A stretch of 58,534 bases of DNA, counting the filler, from Sphacelaria rigidula (taxonomy: Eukaryota): assembly GCA_964200075.2 (NCBI GenBank). It is 2 parts of 2 records of this genome, joined end to end, with 100 filler letters (N's around TTAATTAATTAA, not from the genome) between each part and the next. Parts side by side here need not be neighbours in the genome. Positions count along the whole stretch, not along the records: positions 1 to 29,245 come from CAXNAA020000085.1; 1 more part is not named here. One strand, given 5' to 3'. The stretch's first letter is position 1; the number at the start of each line of letters is the position of its first letter. Shown piece by piece: positions 11,901-23,900 of this stretch. The notes beneath the pieces are model-generated. The model had not been told where the DNA came from, ran no database searches, and saw only the letters and a program-made list of their open reading frames with translations. The position numbers were made by a program, and so were the translations under genes.

Positions 11901-14900
11901 AAGCGGGGTCCAAGGAGTCAGAACACAACCCTCGCGCTACTTCCCGCGTGCTCGAAGTCAACCCTTCGATAGTAGTTCACGTGCTGAATCGGATTCAATT
12001 TCACTCGAATAAAAAGCATCCGTGATGCAAATGGATCACCCGCATCGCGGTTTACGTAAGGGTTGAGCGCTGTTGGGAGCCCAAATGGGTCATACCATGA
12101 TCTATATCAGTACATTGAATAGGAGTGAGGTTCACCTCAGACTGTTCCTGTTTTGTTTTTATAAGACTCATGGGCTTGGTGGGTCTTGCAATTTTCAGCA
12201 CTGATTGATACCCATCGGTTCGGCGGTGGGCAAGAACACCTACTTTTAGTCGCATCAACAACGATCAACTACTGCCCGTATGGGGACTTTCTTCGATTCT
12301 CAAGGAACTTCACGGAAACACATTTATACGACATACTGAAACACGTACATCAGTTATTATACTAATAATAGAGGCGAGGGATCGACCACGATCGCCAGTC
12401 TTGTTTCAGCGCCATGTACAAAGTTTTCGAAGCTCAACAATGCGACATGTTGGAAATACCCGAGACGCACCTTGATCGGGGTCAACACCCCCATTACCCT
12501 CCGAGAAGTGATATTCATCCCCGCCCTCGCCCAGTGCTCCAGCTTTTCCACCTCGATAATGTTGTCGTTCCTGCGGCCCATTTGTGTTGAAGAGGCCGGG
12601 ATTTTCCCCATGAAGAGGGGACCGATCAAGGTATAACGCACCGCGAACATCGTGCATTCACAATCTTGTTTCTCGTTGTTCCAAGATGAAACTGACGAAA
12701 AATATCTCCTCAGCGGAAAATCAGGACTCGATAATAACCCTGGGCATATATTCAGCCAAATCCTCGAAGGTAAAAGAGGAGGCACTAAATTTATTAGGCC
12801 TAGAGAAAAAGTTGGCCATCACCAGAACTCTCGAAGGTATCCCAGAACCGTCTCAAAAGTAAAGCAGGTTGTTCCGCGGGAACAAACTTCACCTAGCCCT
12901 CTCGGGGGCGTAATACGAAGAAGCTCACGTAAGCATACTCGAGAATTTCATTGTTTGCCTAAAGGGGCGGAATTACAAATGAAAAGACGAAACAAAAATA
13001 TATATATATTAAGAGATGCCGTGGGCCTCACCGCGTGACTCCAATATCCGCGCAAAATTTGTTGAGAATATCAGCCGTGTAACCTCGTCGCCGGAGCCCC
13101 TTAATCGTGGGCATGCGGGGATCATCCCACCCTCGTACCTTGACCGTCTTCACAAGCTTGAGCAACTTTCGTTTCGACAACACCTGCTCCGCATCGCACA
13201 TCAACATAAGCGAACATACACGTACAGATCCGACTGTGATTATTTGACCCGACGGAGCGTTTCTCGCCAATGTTTTGAGCCCATTTCCTGGCCGCGATTC
13301 GATCCGTACAAGTTAGTATATGCCAAGGAGAATGGATCCAGCGTGGAAAAAAAAAAGCCACGAAAAAAAAGTAGTGCTGATTGTACAGGACACACGAGGG
13401 TGTATCGGATTGAAAGGATGACGGACCTTTTGTAGTTCGCAACGCTGTGTTCTGCTGGGGGTATACCCGAGAGTACACACCTGGAAACACACACATACCC
13501 AGGGAGTGCGGAACTTCCAGCTGGGATACTCAACCGTCGCGAAGTGTGTACGGGACACTCCGGTATCGTTCGGCAGAGTATCGAGCCCTGTTGCGGACAG
13601 TCCGGTGAAGGTTGGAATGGCTTTTACCGACATGGTACCCTCGTATCAGGCTGTCTTTGCACATCATTTCAGGATTCAATAAGTGCGGTAGAAAACGAAT
13701 TTCACGGGTCTGATAGCTTATGATATCACCGTTTTCAAAATAGATCGCGTTAGGTGAGATCACGATTGATAAGATTGATGCTATACTTCCCCATCACACT
13801 TTCTCGATTTCAAATATTACGGGCCAAGACACGTCCTCAGCCGACAGACCCCACTCACCTCACTCTCGGCAATTTGCACTAGTGCAGAATGAAAAAAGCG
13901 GCGCCAACAGCAACAGGGACAGCGACGAAACATGTATCTTCCCGATTATGCTCACCCGCACACGGCGCTTGTACAGCGCAAGGCACGGGAAGCATCTTGA
14001 AGGCAAGACTCACAACCGAGAACCGCAGACAGACGACGCAATCCACCCGTCGGCGAATAAAATTCTGCCAAGGCTGGAAACGCCATCGATTGTTTTTGAT
14101 TCCCGTTGCGTTTGATATCGGCGCGCAACGTCCCTGGGAGGCCGCTGGGCTGCGGACCCTCCCACTCTTTCGCGCCTAGTTCAATTTTTTCGAATTCGAT
14201 CATCGCCATCATCACTTGAAAGTCGAAAAAGGCTTCGAATTATCCCTCCTCGAAGTTCCCGGACATTCTTCATGAGGGGAGGGAGTACTAATCGGGTAAA
14301 AACCTATATCATTGTACGATCGACCACACAATCCTTTTCAGACGATGCACTGAGGGGGAGGGGGGGCGTACTCATTTGTAGCTTGCCTTAGTCAGTTGAC
14401 CATTGACCACGCATCCCTTTCGAGACGGAGCACTGAGGGGGAGGAGGGCACGCTCAAAATTTCAAGTGTTTTCATGATGTACGGCGCGAGGAGTCCATGA
14501 AATTCCCGCCACGTCTCTTTAATTTCGGTGGATTTCATTTTACGACTTCGAAAACAACGTGCAAAACATCCCAGACGTTCCACACAAAGCGGACCACCAA
14601 AAAAAATGAGGAGACGAATGAAGAGATTCATATATTCGGGAATTCATACGAGACTCACCGTGCGGGTTATGTTTAGGCGGGCGAATTCGTAGACCCGTGG
14701 CCTGTAAAGGTCTAGAGCCTGGAGCAACCAGTAGTATGACTCCCGCCGAGTTTCGAATTCCAAGGTGCAGATGGAATAGTCGATATCCTCAACGCTGGTG
14801 GAGTACAGGGTCAACGGCAGTACAAGGGTCGGGGTGAGCGATTGAGTTGTCCATCGATAGGTTGCAACATGTTTGTTAACATCAGCACCACATTCATCTT

Positions 14901-17900
14901 GTCGGGTGGAATGTCCTGGAAACTGTCACGGAGAATATTACAAGGTTATGCAGGGTAGGGCATTCCTTTAATTAGGGTATCATGAAGAATCGGGTAGTAA
15001 TGCGATCGTACCCAAATCCACTCAACCCTTTGGTCGAGTTGGGAGATGTGATCATCATGACACAAAATCCGAGAGTGAATACCCAGGTAAATGCCATGTC
15101 CAACACACCCTCGTCTCCACATTTCTTTATTCGCAATAAATGCTCACCATCCCCTCACGAAACAGTCCTTTTTCATTCCCGTCGCGCGCGGTCTTCCCCA
15201 TATATTTGGGGTATGGACGACGCAACAGTCACTCGCATTATCGTCATCGCCCCCGTCACTGACCCATATTCTCCGCAATCATCACCGGATGTGGGTTTTG
15301 AAAAACAACGGAGGTAGATAAGTCTCCCGGGCAAAATACTACCAAGTTGCAACCTCTCCGACAATTTCTTTCTTTCCATGACTCACCTGTCGACAAGGCA
15401 GTGGGTGTAATCATAGGTAGGGTAGATGCACCATGTGTCTCCGACGTGGGGGTGGGAAATATAACGCACTCGGTACGCCACCTGCATTCGAATTGTGGAA
15501 GAGACGATCGGCGACATTTCCAAGACAAGGTACAGCAAACCGGTCAACACTTCTCTTCCTTTCTGGGTTCGGTCGGCGTGCATGATCCCTGTCAAACCCT
15601 CCGAGAAGCCAGTGCCATTTGCTTCTCCTGTTTTGCGATATTATTCCGACGTACACAGACCGAAGAAAATGCCGATCATACAAAATAAAAAGTCAAAACT
15701 GGACTTCTTTTCCCCCACACTTGAAGCCCCCTTCCTGTCTCGGGACGAGTCCGTGGTCTCAAGGGATCAACCCATCTCTCCCCCCGTACGTGCCTTTTTT
15801 TTTATTTCGCGGATTGGGTAAGCACTGGCGCACCGCGTCAACTCACATCACACAACCCCAGTCAACTACTTTGTCAACTCACGTTTTCATGCCTTCCACG
15901 GCGGAGATCATGCGTCACGGAGAAAGAACCCAACGTGTCAGAAATCGAATCCCCGTTCTCTCCACCCTCGAGGCGAAAGTCGGACCATTGCACTACCGGG
16001 GCGCGGCGGCGGGGTTCTCGAAGTTAATGAACGCTTTGATTCACACTAAGGTGTGTACCGAAAAGACAATGATGATGCGGAAAAACGTACTTGACGGTTT
16101 TCACCTCACCTGATCCCACATGTTGGGGTTGGGAGACGTCATGTCCATTTTCAGGCGAAGCGTAGCTTCGCCCTCCGCAACCCTCCCTGTTCGCATTTTC
16201 TCGAAGCATTCTAAACTTTCCTGGACAAATGGCCGACAACATCAGAGGCACGTTCCGTCACGGGCCGGAGCGACGACGTTGGAGGGGCGCTTTGTCCCAC
16301 GTCGATCAGTGACATCATGTAGAACGAAGAACATGGCAATTGTAGGAAAATATTTCTACGCACAGTATGATATCTTTGGTGTATAGCCCTCCTCGATGAT
16401 GTCATCCGGTGTCCAGGGTGTTGACAAAAATTCATGGATTTGATGCATGACTGTCGCGCATGAGCTGATTTTCTTCAAATCCTGCCGGACCAAAGAAACA
16501 TCGTACCCAAGAAATGCGTACCGTTTTTGGAAGAGACCGCCCTACATTAAAATGTCATCTTTTGCGACCGCCGTCTCGGCTCGTTCTCGGTCGATGCGAC
16601 GAAATTGAGCGAGAAGGGAAAAACGAGGCGCCGAAAAACTCGCCGGGTAAGCTCAGGTCAAGTTTCTGCTGTATTGAGGCTCACGAGGAAATCTCCATAC
16701 ATTCATTTGTCCTCATTGCTCATCCCACGAAACCGTTTTCACCTCTCGTCGATCCAAGGGCATCTCTGATCAACGACAGAAGAGGCGGATTTCGACACCT
16801 TGAAACGTCTCCCGCAATGAACACAAGGCTACACCAACACTTTCTCGTATTCAGGGGTGAAAGTTCAAGTCTACGCTCGCAAGGGATCATCACGGCTGAA
16901 CAAATGTATCCACACCACACTCGGGACAACACATGGTCGAAAATGGCCCAAAGAAGACCAATAATTGCAATGGCATTTTTTTTTCGCGTTATATTTAGCG
17001 TTTTGTGCAGCTTTCGAGCATGGATTGTCAAGGGTATCCACGAACCCGAAAGGAGTGCATGGCACTTGTACGTCCAAACTTCCGCGCCATATCGTGCAGA
17101 AAGACCGTTGGAAAAAGATGATGGAGGAAGACACTTTTCCGCAACTCAACATTTAGCAACATTTTCGTGAGATTCAGAGTAGAGCGCTGATTGACAGTGG
17201 CCATGATCGGCCGCTTCAACTCAACCATTTTTTTTTCACTCTGTGCATTTCTTTGCCTCCATCGCTGGCGTGTGCTTACAGGCACACGTTGATATCCTAT
17301 CCAGCGATATCAAGGGTCTCAGTGACAAGCTACTACAAAAATCATATCGGACCTAGTAGACTGGGATCTCGGAACTGAAACATTTCAGTTAGTAGTTGAC
17401 CCCCTTCCACTCCAACTCGTATCCTCTGCTCTCCATCCCCACGACAACACCGTAATTGTGGGCCGTTTGTACATGGCAAACTGAACGATTTGGAAGACTG
17501 CCTGTTGGGAGCTCTCGCATCGTTCCAAAAGCTCCGGGAAAGCGAACTGTATTTTGACACCTCGAAATGTCTTGGGTTACTCGTGAGGACAGACGGTTCC
17601 AGGACCCTGTACCCTTCTTGGTGGCATCAGTTTTTCGTTTGATCGCTCGTTTTTTCGGACTCTCGGTATATACAAAAATACTTCCTAGGCACAAACTTGT
17701 ATGAGACATTCCCACATATCCTCGTGAGTCCTTTTCCACGAGAAGCGGGTTCACGTCCTATTCACAACACTGTCAATACACAAATATGTTACCGGTGACA
17801 ACTGGATAGTAAGCTCAGGTCAAGTTTCTGCTGTATTGAGGATCATGGGAAAGATCTCCATACGTTAATTGTCCTCATTGCTTCATAGTCGGTCACCGTA

Positions 17901-20900
17901 CGAACGTGGGGAAAATGCGTCCGAGAACGAAACACCCCTGGAAAATGACCCAAACTCCATTTCCGTCTCGATGCTGGCAACGGACCGACCGATACCACTG
18001 TACCGTCGTGTACTCGTAAAGCGAACCCTACGGAACGTCATCCACATCACTTTTGTCCAACAGCTTTACGCGATAACGTGGGATGAAGGCTGTTGACCCC
18101 GAGGGAACGATGGAGCAAGTGCTGGGGGGGGGGAGGGGCTCATGCTGGAGTTGAAGGAAATCGTCGGCGTAGTCTCTCAGGTGCTTGGATACATCACGAG
18201 AAAAAACTGAAATCTCGTTTTGTCCAGGCAGCAAAACTCGCGACGTGTTGACAACTTCACAAAGGATAGTCAGACAAAAACGTCCATAAGGATCGGTGAG
18301 TATAGCGTTTTAGAAAGCTCAGGTCAAGTTTCTGCTGTATTGAGGATCACGGTGATTCTCCATACGTTCTATTTCCTCCTCGCCTTCCTGGCCCAAAAAA
18401 TCACTGAGCGCTGAATGATGGGTTCAAAACGTATACCCTACCCCCTCGAATGACTATGCTGCTCACCAACAGCAACATTTTTAGTACATTGCGGCAATTC
18501 ACCTTCACATCACACTCGGTGTTTTTTTTGCGAAACGAATCCGTCGAACTGTAATGCTACGATGAAAAGGAGGGTTAGAGTGTCGGGGCCGGTTCTTCAC
18601 GAAAACATTACACGAAATCATCGTCGGTTGTTCGAACGTGTTTTTTTTTCCCGACAAACGCTCGTCTATATTGCTTCACCTGTTCCTACCCCGATACAGG
18701 CAAACCGCGAGGGCCTCAGGTAATACGAGCTTTTTTTTCGGTGAAATACGTTCCCATTCCGTCCCCTCACCATCATTTCGCATGACTCTCGAGGTAAACT
18801 AGCCACGGCTCAAGTCGAGACTCGATGGACTCTATCGTCACCCTCGACTCATCCGACGACAACCAACTTGAACTGTGAAACGAGAAACACGTGTCCCCAC
18901 ATTCGACCCCGGAACCTTTTTGACCACAGCTTGGTGTGCAGCCACACTGAAAATACAACACGACGGTATATCGGCGACATCCTGTGTACCTGTGCCGTGT
19001 GTTTTTACCTCCACAGGTCTGTTCCTCCACGGACTGCACGGGTCTCCCGCGTTCGCGTTCGGATCGGCTGCATTCTGCTTCGCTATTTCTCGACATCGAG
19101 ATATGTCGTCCTTGGTCTGATGACAGACGTACGCCTTTCCAGCCTGCGACAGGGGCGAAATGAGTGCAACGAATGATATGAGCACATGGATACGTACATA
19201 CATCAATCAAGGTTTCGGAAGATCGGGACCGTGAACGGAAGTACTTTTATATATCACAGACTATAAAAGAGGGGAGAACGCATGTCTCAACTCGAGTTAT
19301 GCCCACCGCCCCAAATGTGGACTACACCCGACGATATAAAAGAACACGGTACATTATGCAACATGATCGAAATATCTGCATCACCATGACGGGTAGTTTT
19401 CGACAGGAAGAAATCGTCGTGGTCACCCTTGCTCCGGTGAACCTATTTCACGTGGGGTCCGACAATTTCACATATCCCCAGTAGCAGGAGCTCGGGCGGC
19501 GATTGGTCAATCACGGTCCGGACAGAATTGTGCATCAAGACGGAAGGTCTCGCCAACATCCATGTTCACCGATGACATCCCATCCAACGGGCAACGATTT
19601 GCCACGACTTGAACGACTCCGAAACGTCGGGAAGTGTCCTTTCGAGTACTTCACAGAAATTTCAGCGTGGACAAAACGCGGTTGAAAAGAGACACTACGA
19701 GAGGCGCGAGAAAAACCGAGCCGCACGCAGCCTCAGACCGATCTGAGATTAGACGACAACACCAACATAGGCTGCGCGTTTTTCTTGTCACTGGTGTCAC
19801 TCCGGCTCATCAATACAATCAACATCTGACCCGATTGTTCAGGGACCCGACTGATTTTGCGCAGCGCAGGGTACACTTGTTCATATTGCTCACATATTCT
19901 TCTCGTTTTCATGTTTGAAGGAAACGACACGCACTTGCCCTGTGGGTCATGGTGCGGTAGGGGTTGAAAAGTGGACCCAGATGTTTCCACGTTCAGGGGC
20001 TCAAGTTCTAAGCTGCACATGAGTAATACGAGTCGGAACATTCGCCTCCTTCAACTCCATTGGGTCTTCGAATTTCCGACGTGCTCCAACATTTCATTCG
20101 TCATATTCGGAAATATGTAGCGCTTCTCAGAAAGTGCACCCAAAGCAATATTCGTGCACTACCGTAGCATCACCCTCGAGTAGATCGTCTCACTCCTCAT
20201 TGCTGCACTGTCGTGAAAAAACCTATTCACGCAACGGATTTTCTTCCTCACCGATCCCAGATATCATCGCACGGGCATCCACCACAATGTTGAACGAGAA
20301 GCTAGGTTGATGGGATGTTTCAAACGCATAAGAGACCAGGGGCTGTCATCTCAATTCTGATTGCCTTCTTTTCTCACGGGTGCTTCAACTCGAATAACCG
20401 ACCCGTGTCTCCCCCGACGCGTGGCAGACAAGTCGGTACCGCGGGTGGGTCAGCACCTCCGCAATGAGCTGACCACCATCTGACAAATGCTGGTTACATC
20501 CTCGTTTCCGAGGACATCAGAAACTCATGAGGATGACGTCAAACGGGAGCATCTGGCGGGAAATTAACCCGCGTGTGTACATATATATTTTGTATATATA
20601 TATATCGCCTTATTGATTTTCGCTGTCGATTTTCGTGGATGCTTCATGAGCTGCGGGGTTCACTGATCGAATGCTCCACAGCGTGCTCCGAAACACTACC
20701 GGAAACAGGACAAAACTTCATGGTACGATAGTGTACGTTAGTGTCGTCGAGAGTGCGAGGGGACATTGAAGAACAACGTAATATGATTTGATTGGCCGGC
20801 AGTCAAATCCTTCTTGATCCATTAGGGATCCAGCCCTAGTCACATGATGAATGATACACGCCTCACCTTGATGAGCTTCACGGCCATCTCGTACAAGGTA

Positions 20901-23900
20901 CCGAAGCGTTCGGAAGAGTAAGTGGTCGCAGCAGGCTTCCATCCCATCCACTCCACGTCGTCACGGATAGACTGAAAAAAAAATGAGACCAACCAACGTG
21001 GACACGAAAAACGAGCTTTTGCAGCGCATCCTCGATAAGCTGTGATCAGTTCCATACCACAGCTGACGAAAAAATGGCGCGGAACACAGCAGTCATATTC
21101 CGGTGTATACATGAAGTTTGAGAGCAAGATGCAGAACGGTCTTCGTTCCGACGTCATCTCAATCAGCGGGAATTCAGCCGTCAAGGCCTTTGCCAATATG
21201 CAACAGGCGCGACCACTTTTCCGACAAAAGCGTCTCCACAATGGGGCGGGATATGTATGGCGATTGACTTGCGAAATTCCGAACGGGTGCTATCCAGAAA
21301 TCAAAGCTCATCCTCGCCCAGGGAGCAAAACATTCATGAGTACGAGATCCTGGTAAGGTCAAAACAATACTCACCACGAAGAAAAGAATACCAACCCGAA
21401 CAACAGGCAACATAGCCAAAAAAATATTATGCGTACCGCATGGAGTATCATGTGTATACAGCGATGGATACATAACAGTCCAAATGTTTACAGTGCAATA
21501 CATTTGATACAAGGTAATCCATCGTCATCATCCATGGTGTGCATGAGATGGTCATGATCCAGGGTGTCATCAAATGGTTGGGCTGAGTATAGGCTCCATC
21601 GGAAATTAAAACATATCAAGTCCTCACGGGGGTAGGCGAGGAGGGGCGTGGAAAAACTCCATGTTATTCCCCTCCTGTGATGCCTAAAAAATGGGCTCGA
21701 GGGTTTTCGTCACGCGGAGATCTCCTCAATCCTACCTCGTTGAACAACGCCACATAGCAACAGGAAAACATCCCGTTGTATCGTCAAGGGCCAAGACGGG
21801 ATGATCACGGTACCATCCGTCAAAATGAGTCGAGCGGAAACGAACAATTCGTAGTCCGGTGGTCATATGAAAAGCCATGGCTCATGCTATTTTCAGACAT
21901 GTTGGCATGTCTCTTTCGCGAAAAGGGAGTTTCCATGTAGGGGGCATGGACGGGAGTAGGGCGATGGTTGCAGGGGAGTTGTTGGACTGACCCCCCAAAA
22001 AACGGCGGTGAATTTTTTTTCCTATATTTTCTCCATCGGTAATTAAAACAAGTCCTCAAATCGAGCGAGACGGGGAAACGGAAAAACTCCGCTGGATTCT
22101 CCGCCTCATGTCGCTCGTGATTGTTGGCTCGAAGTTTTTCGTCACGCAGAGATCTGGCAAAGTATACACTTCAACATATCATCAATGACCATGACCACGG
22201 CGCAAATGATCATGACCGACGGCAGCTGCTTCCAGCGGGAAGCCCGTCAAGACATTGGACAAAAAAAACGGAATGCACTCGTAACCGCATGTTGATACGA
22301 AATGCAACACATGCCAGGTGCACAACTCACATCTATATACTCCCTGCTTTCTGCCTCGGGGTTGGTGTCATCTGTACGGCACAGACAGTATAGGCAAAAC
22401 AGAGGAAAAAGGCAAGGACATGCCCGGCAACATCAGGTGAGTCAAGAACACATCTGCACATCGTTTTCGGTGCAACCAAGCGGTCGAAGGCCTTGGTGTG
22501 CTGATTCCTCTGACGGCGTCATTTCTACTCCTGGAACAACTGACAAGCAAAGCTTTTTCATTTGTGAGCTTTCGTTCGTACGTGGGGTCTGCGTTGCGAA
22601 TTTCATGATCGACACAATGAGGGCAGGTAAACCGTTTCTTTCTTCACCAGTCTACTGCGTTTTCTCCTCACTTTTTCAGCAAGTGTTCCACCTCCATTTC
22701 GTCTTGGGTACGTGTACCGTGTGGATCATGACCACGGCTAGATCCCTGGGAAATCGGTTCAACTGCAAAAGTCACCCCGAGCAATAAATCACTGAAAAAG
22801 TGTACCGCCTACGGTATCGACCATCACGTCACAGTTCTCACGCTGTACGCACAACTGACGATCGTCTTCGCGAAAATAATTACTTTGGTGAAAATGTACT
22901 GCCTACCGTATCGACTTTTGCCTCGTAGTTCTCACTCTTTACGCACTATCGACCATCGCCTCGATCACATGACAAATTCAATCTCATGTTAGGGATGTGC
23001 AGACAAACGATCCTTCCCTCACCATAGCGGAATATCGTCTCTCGTTTGTCTTCCGAGACCCCCTCTTTCTCGAACGCCAGGTGAAAGTTCATATGCATCG
23101 ACTTGGCGTGCCCGATATGCAGGTAGCCATTCGGCTCCGGTGGAAATCTTGTCCGAATCTGTCATCATCCAGTACATTCACGACGGTGGGAGACGAATGG
23201 ATGAAAGCTGGTGTTTTAGTCCTCGAAGATGTCCCGAACACATCTTCCCCGGTCCTGCGCCAAAATAAAAAACACGAGAACAATCCAAAATGCCCACACC
23301 GTCTTCTTAAATGCCCGCACTCGATCAAGGTACACAGAATCAGTGGCCTTCGAACAGACTCTCTCCTCGACTCATTGACAGTGGTTAAGTCAGCCGCGTA
23401 AAACTCAGTGCACCACGCGGGCACAGCAGTCTGTATGTACACCGAAAACCGCTCCTTTCGGACACCGGGCGATTTCAACATGGAAAGTACGGCAGTATCG
23501 TCGATGTGTCCTTGAACGACCGTCTTACGCCAAGGTTCTTTTCACTGTGGCTGACAACAGGTCTGAACGCTTCTGCTCGAACTCGCTCGACTGGTGTAGG
23601 TCCAATCCTCCCGCACGCAAAGTGCGCCTTGGCATCGACTCTTGCCTGCGCACGCTGCGCTTCGGAAACGATCGTTGCCGGCGCCCCCGGCAAGGGGGCA
23701 ACGTCCTTGCAGACTGTACCGTAAGCCACGCTCAAGGACGGCCGACAGTTTGGTGGACCCGGGGCTGGGTACTGTATTACATACGGATATTCTTTTCAAT
23801 ATACCGATTTAGAGAATGGTCGGTAACTGTTGTCACGTTGATTTTTTGGTGGTCTTCTCACTTCTCCTTTGCCAAGGTTCTGGGGAGTACTTGACGATCT

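Noticed and set aside
16645-18388. The three ~30-nt identical blocks read as CRISPR repeats or mutually exclusive exons
   Set aside because: Spacing is about 0.5-1.2 kb and irregular, and there are no consistent splice sites or GlnRS-like reading frame. Exons 5 and 6 already join without a gap in the protein.
18571-18578. AGGGTTAG as a telomerase RNA template
   Set aside because: An 8-mer is expected by chance in a window this size, and no supporting promoter or structure is evident.
19733-19813. TTGATGA..CTGA box C/D-like spacing in GlnRS intron 4
   Set aside because: There is no terminal stem and no convincing rRNA or snRNA complement that I can identify.
20495-20540. Hammerhead-like CTGATG..GAAA on the minus strand
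   Set aside because: The core is CTGATGT rather than CUGANGA, GAAA is the loop of a simple hairpin, and no stem I or UH cleavage site can be formed.
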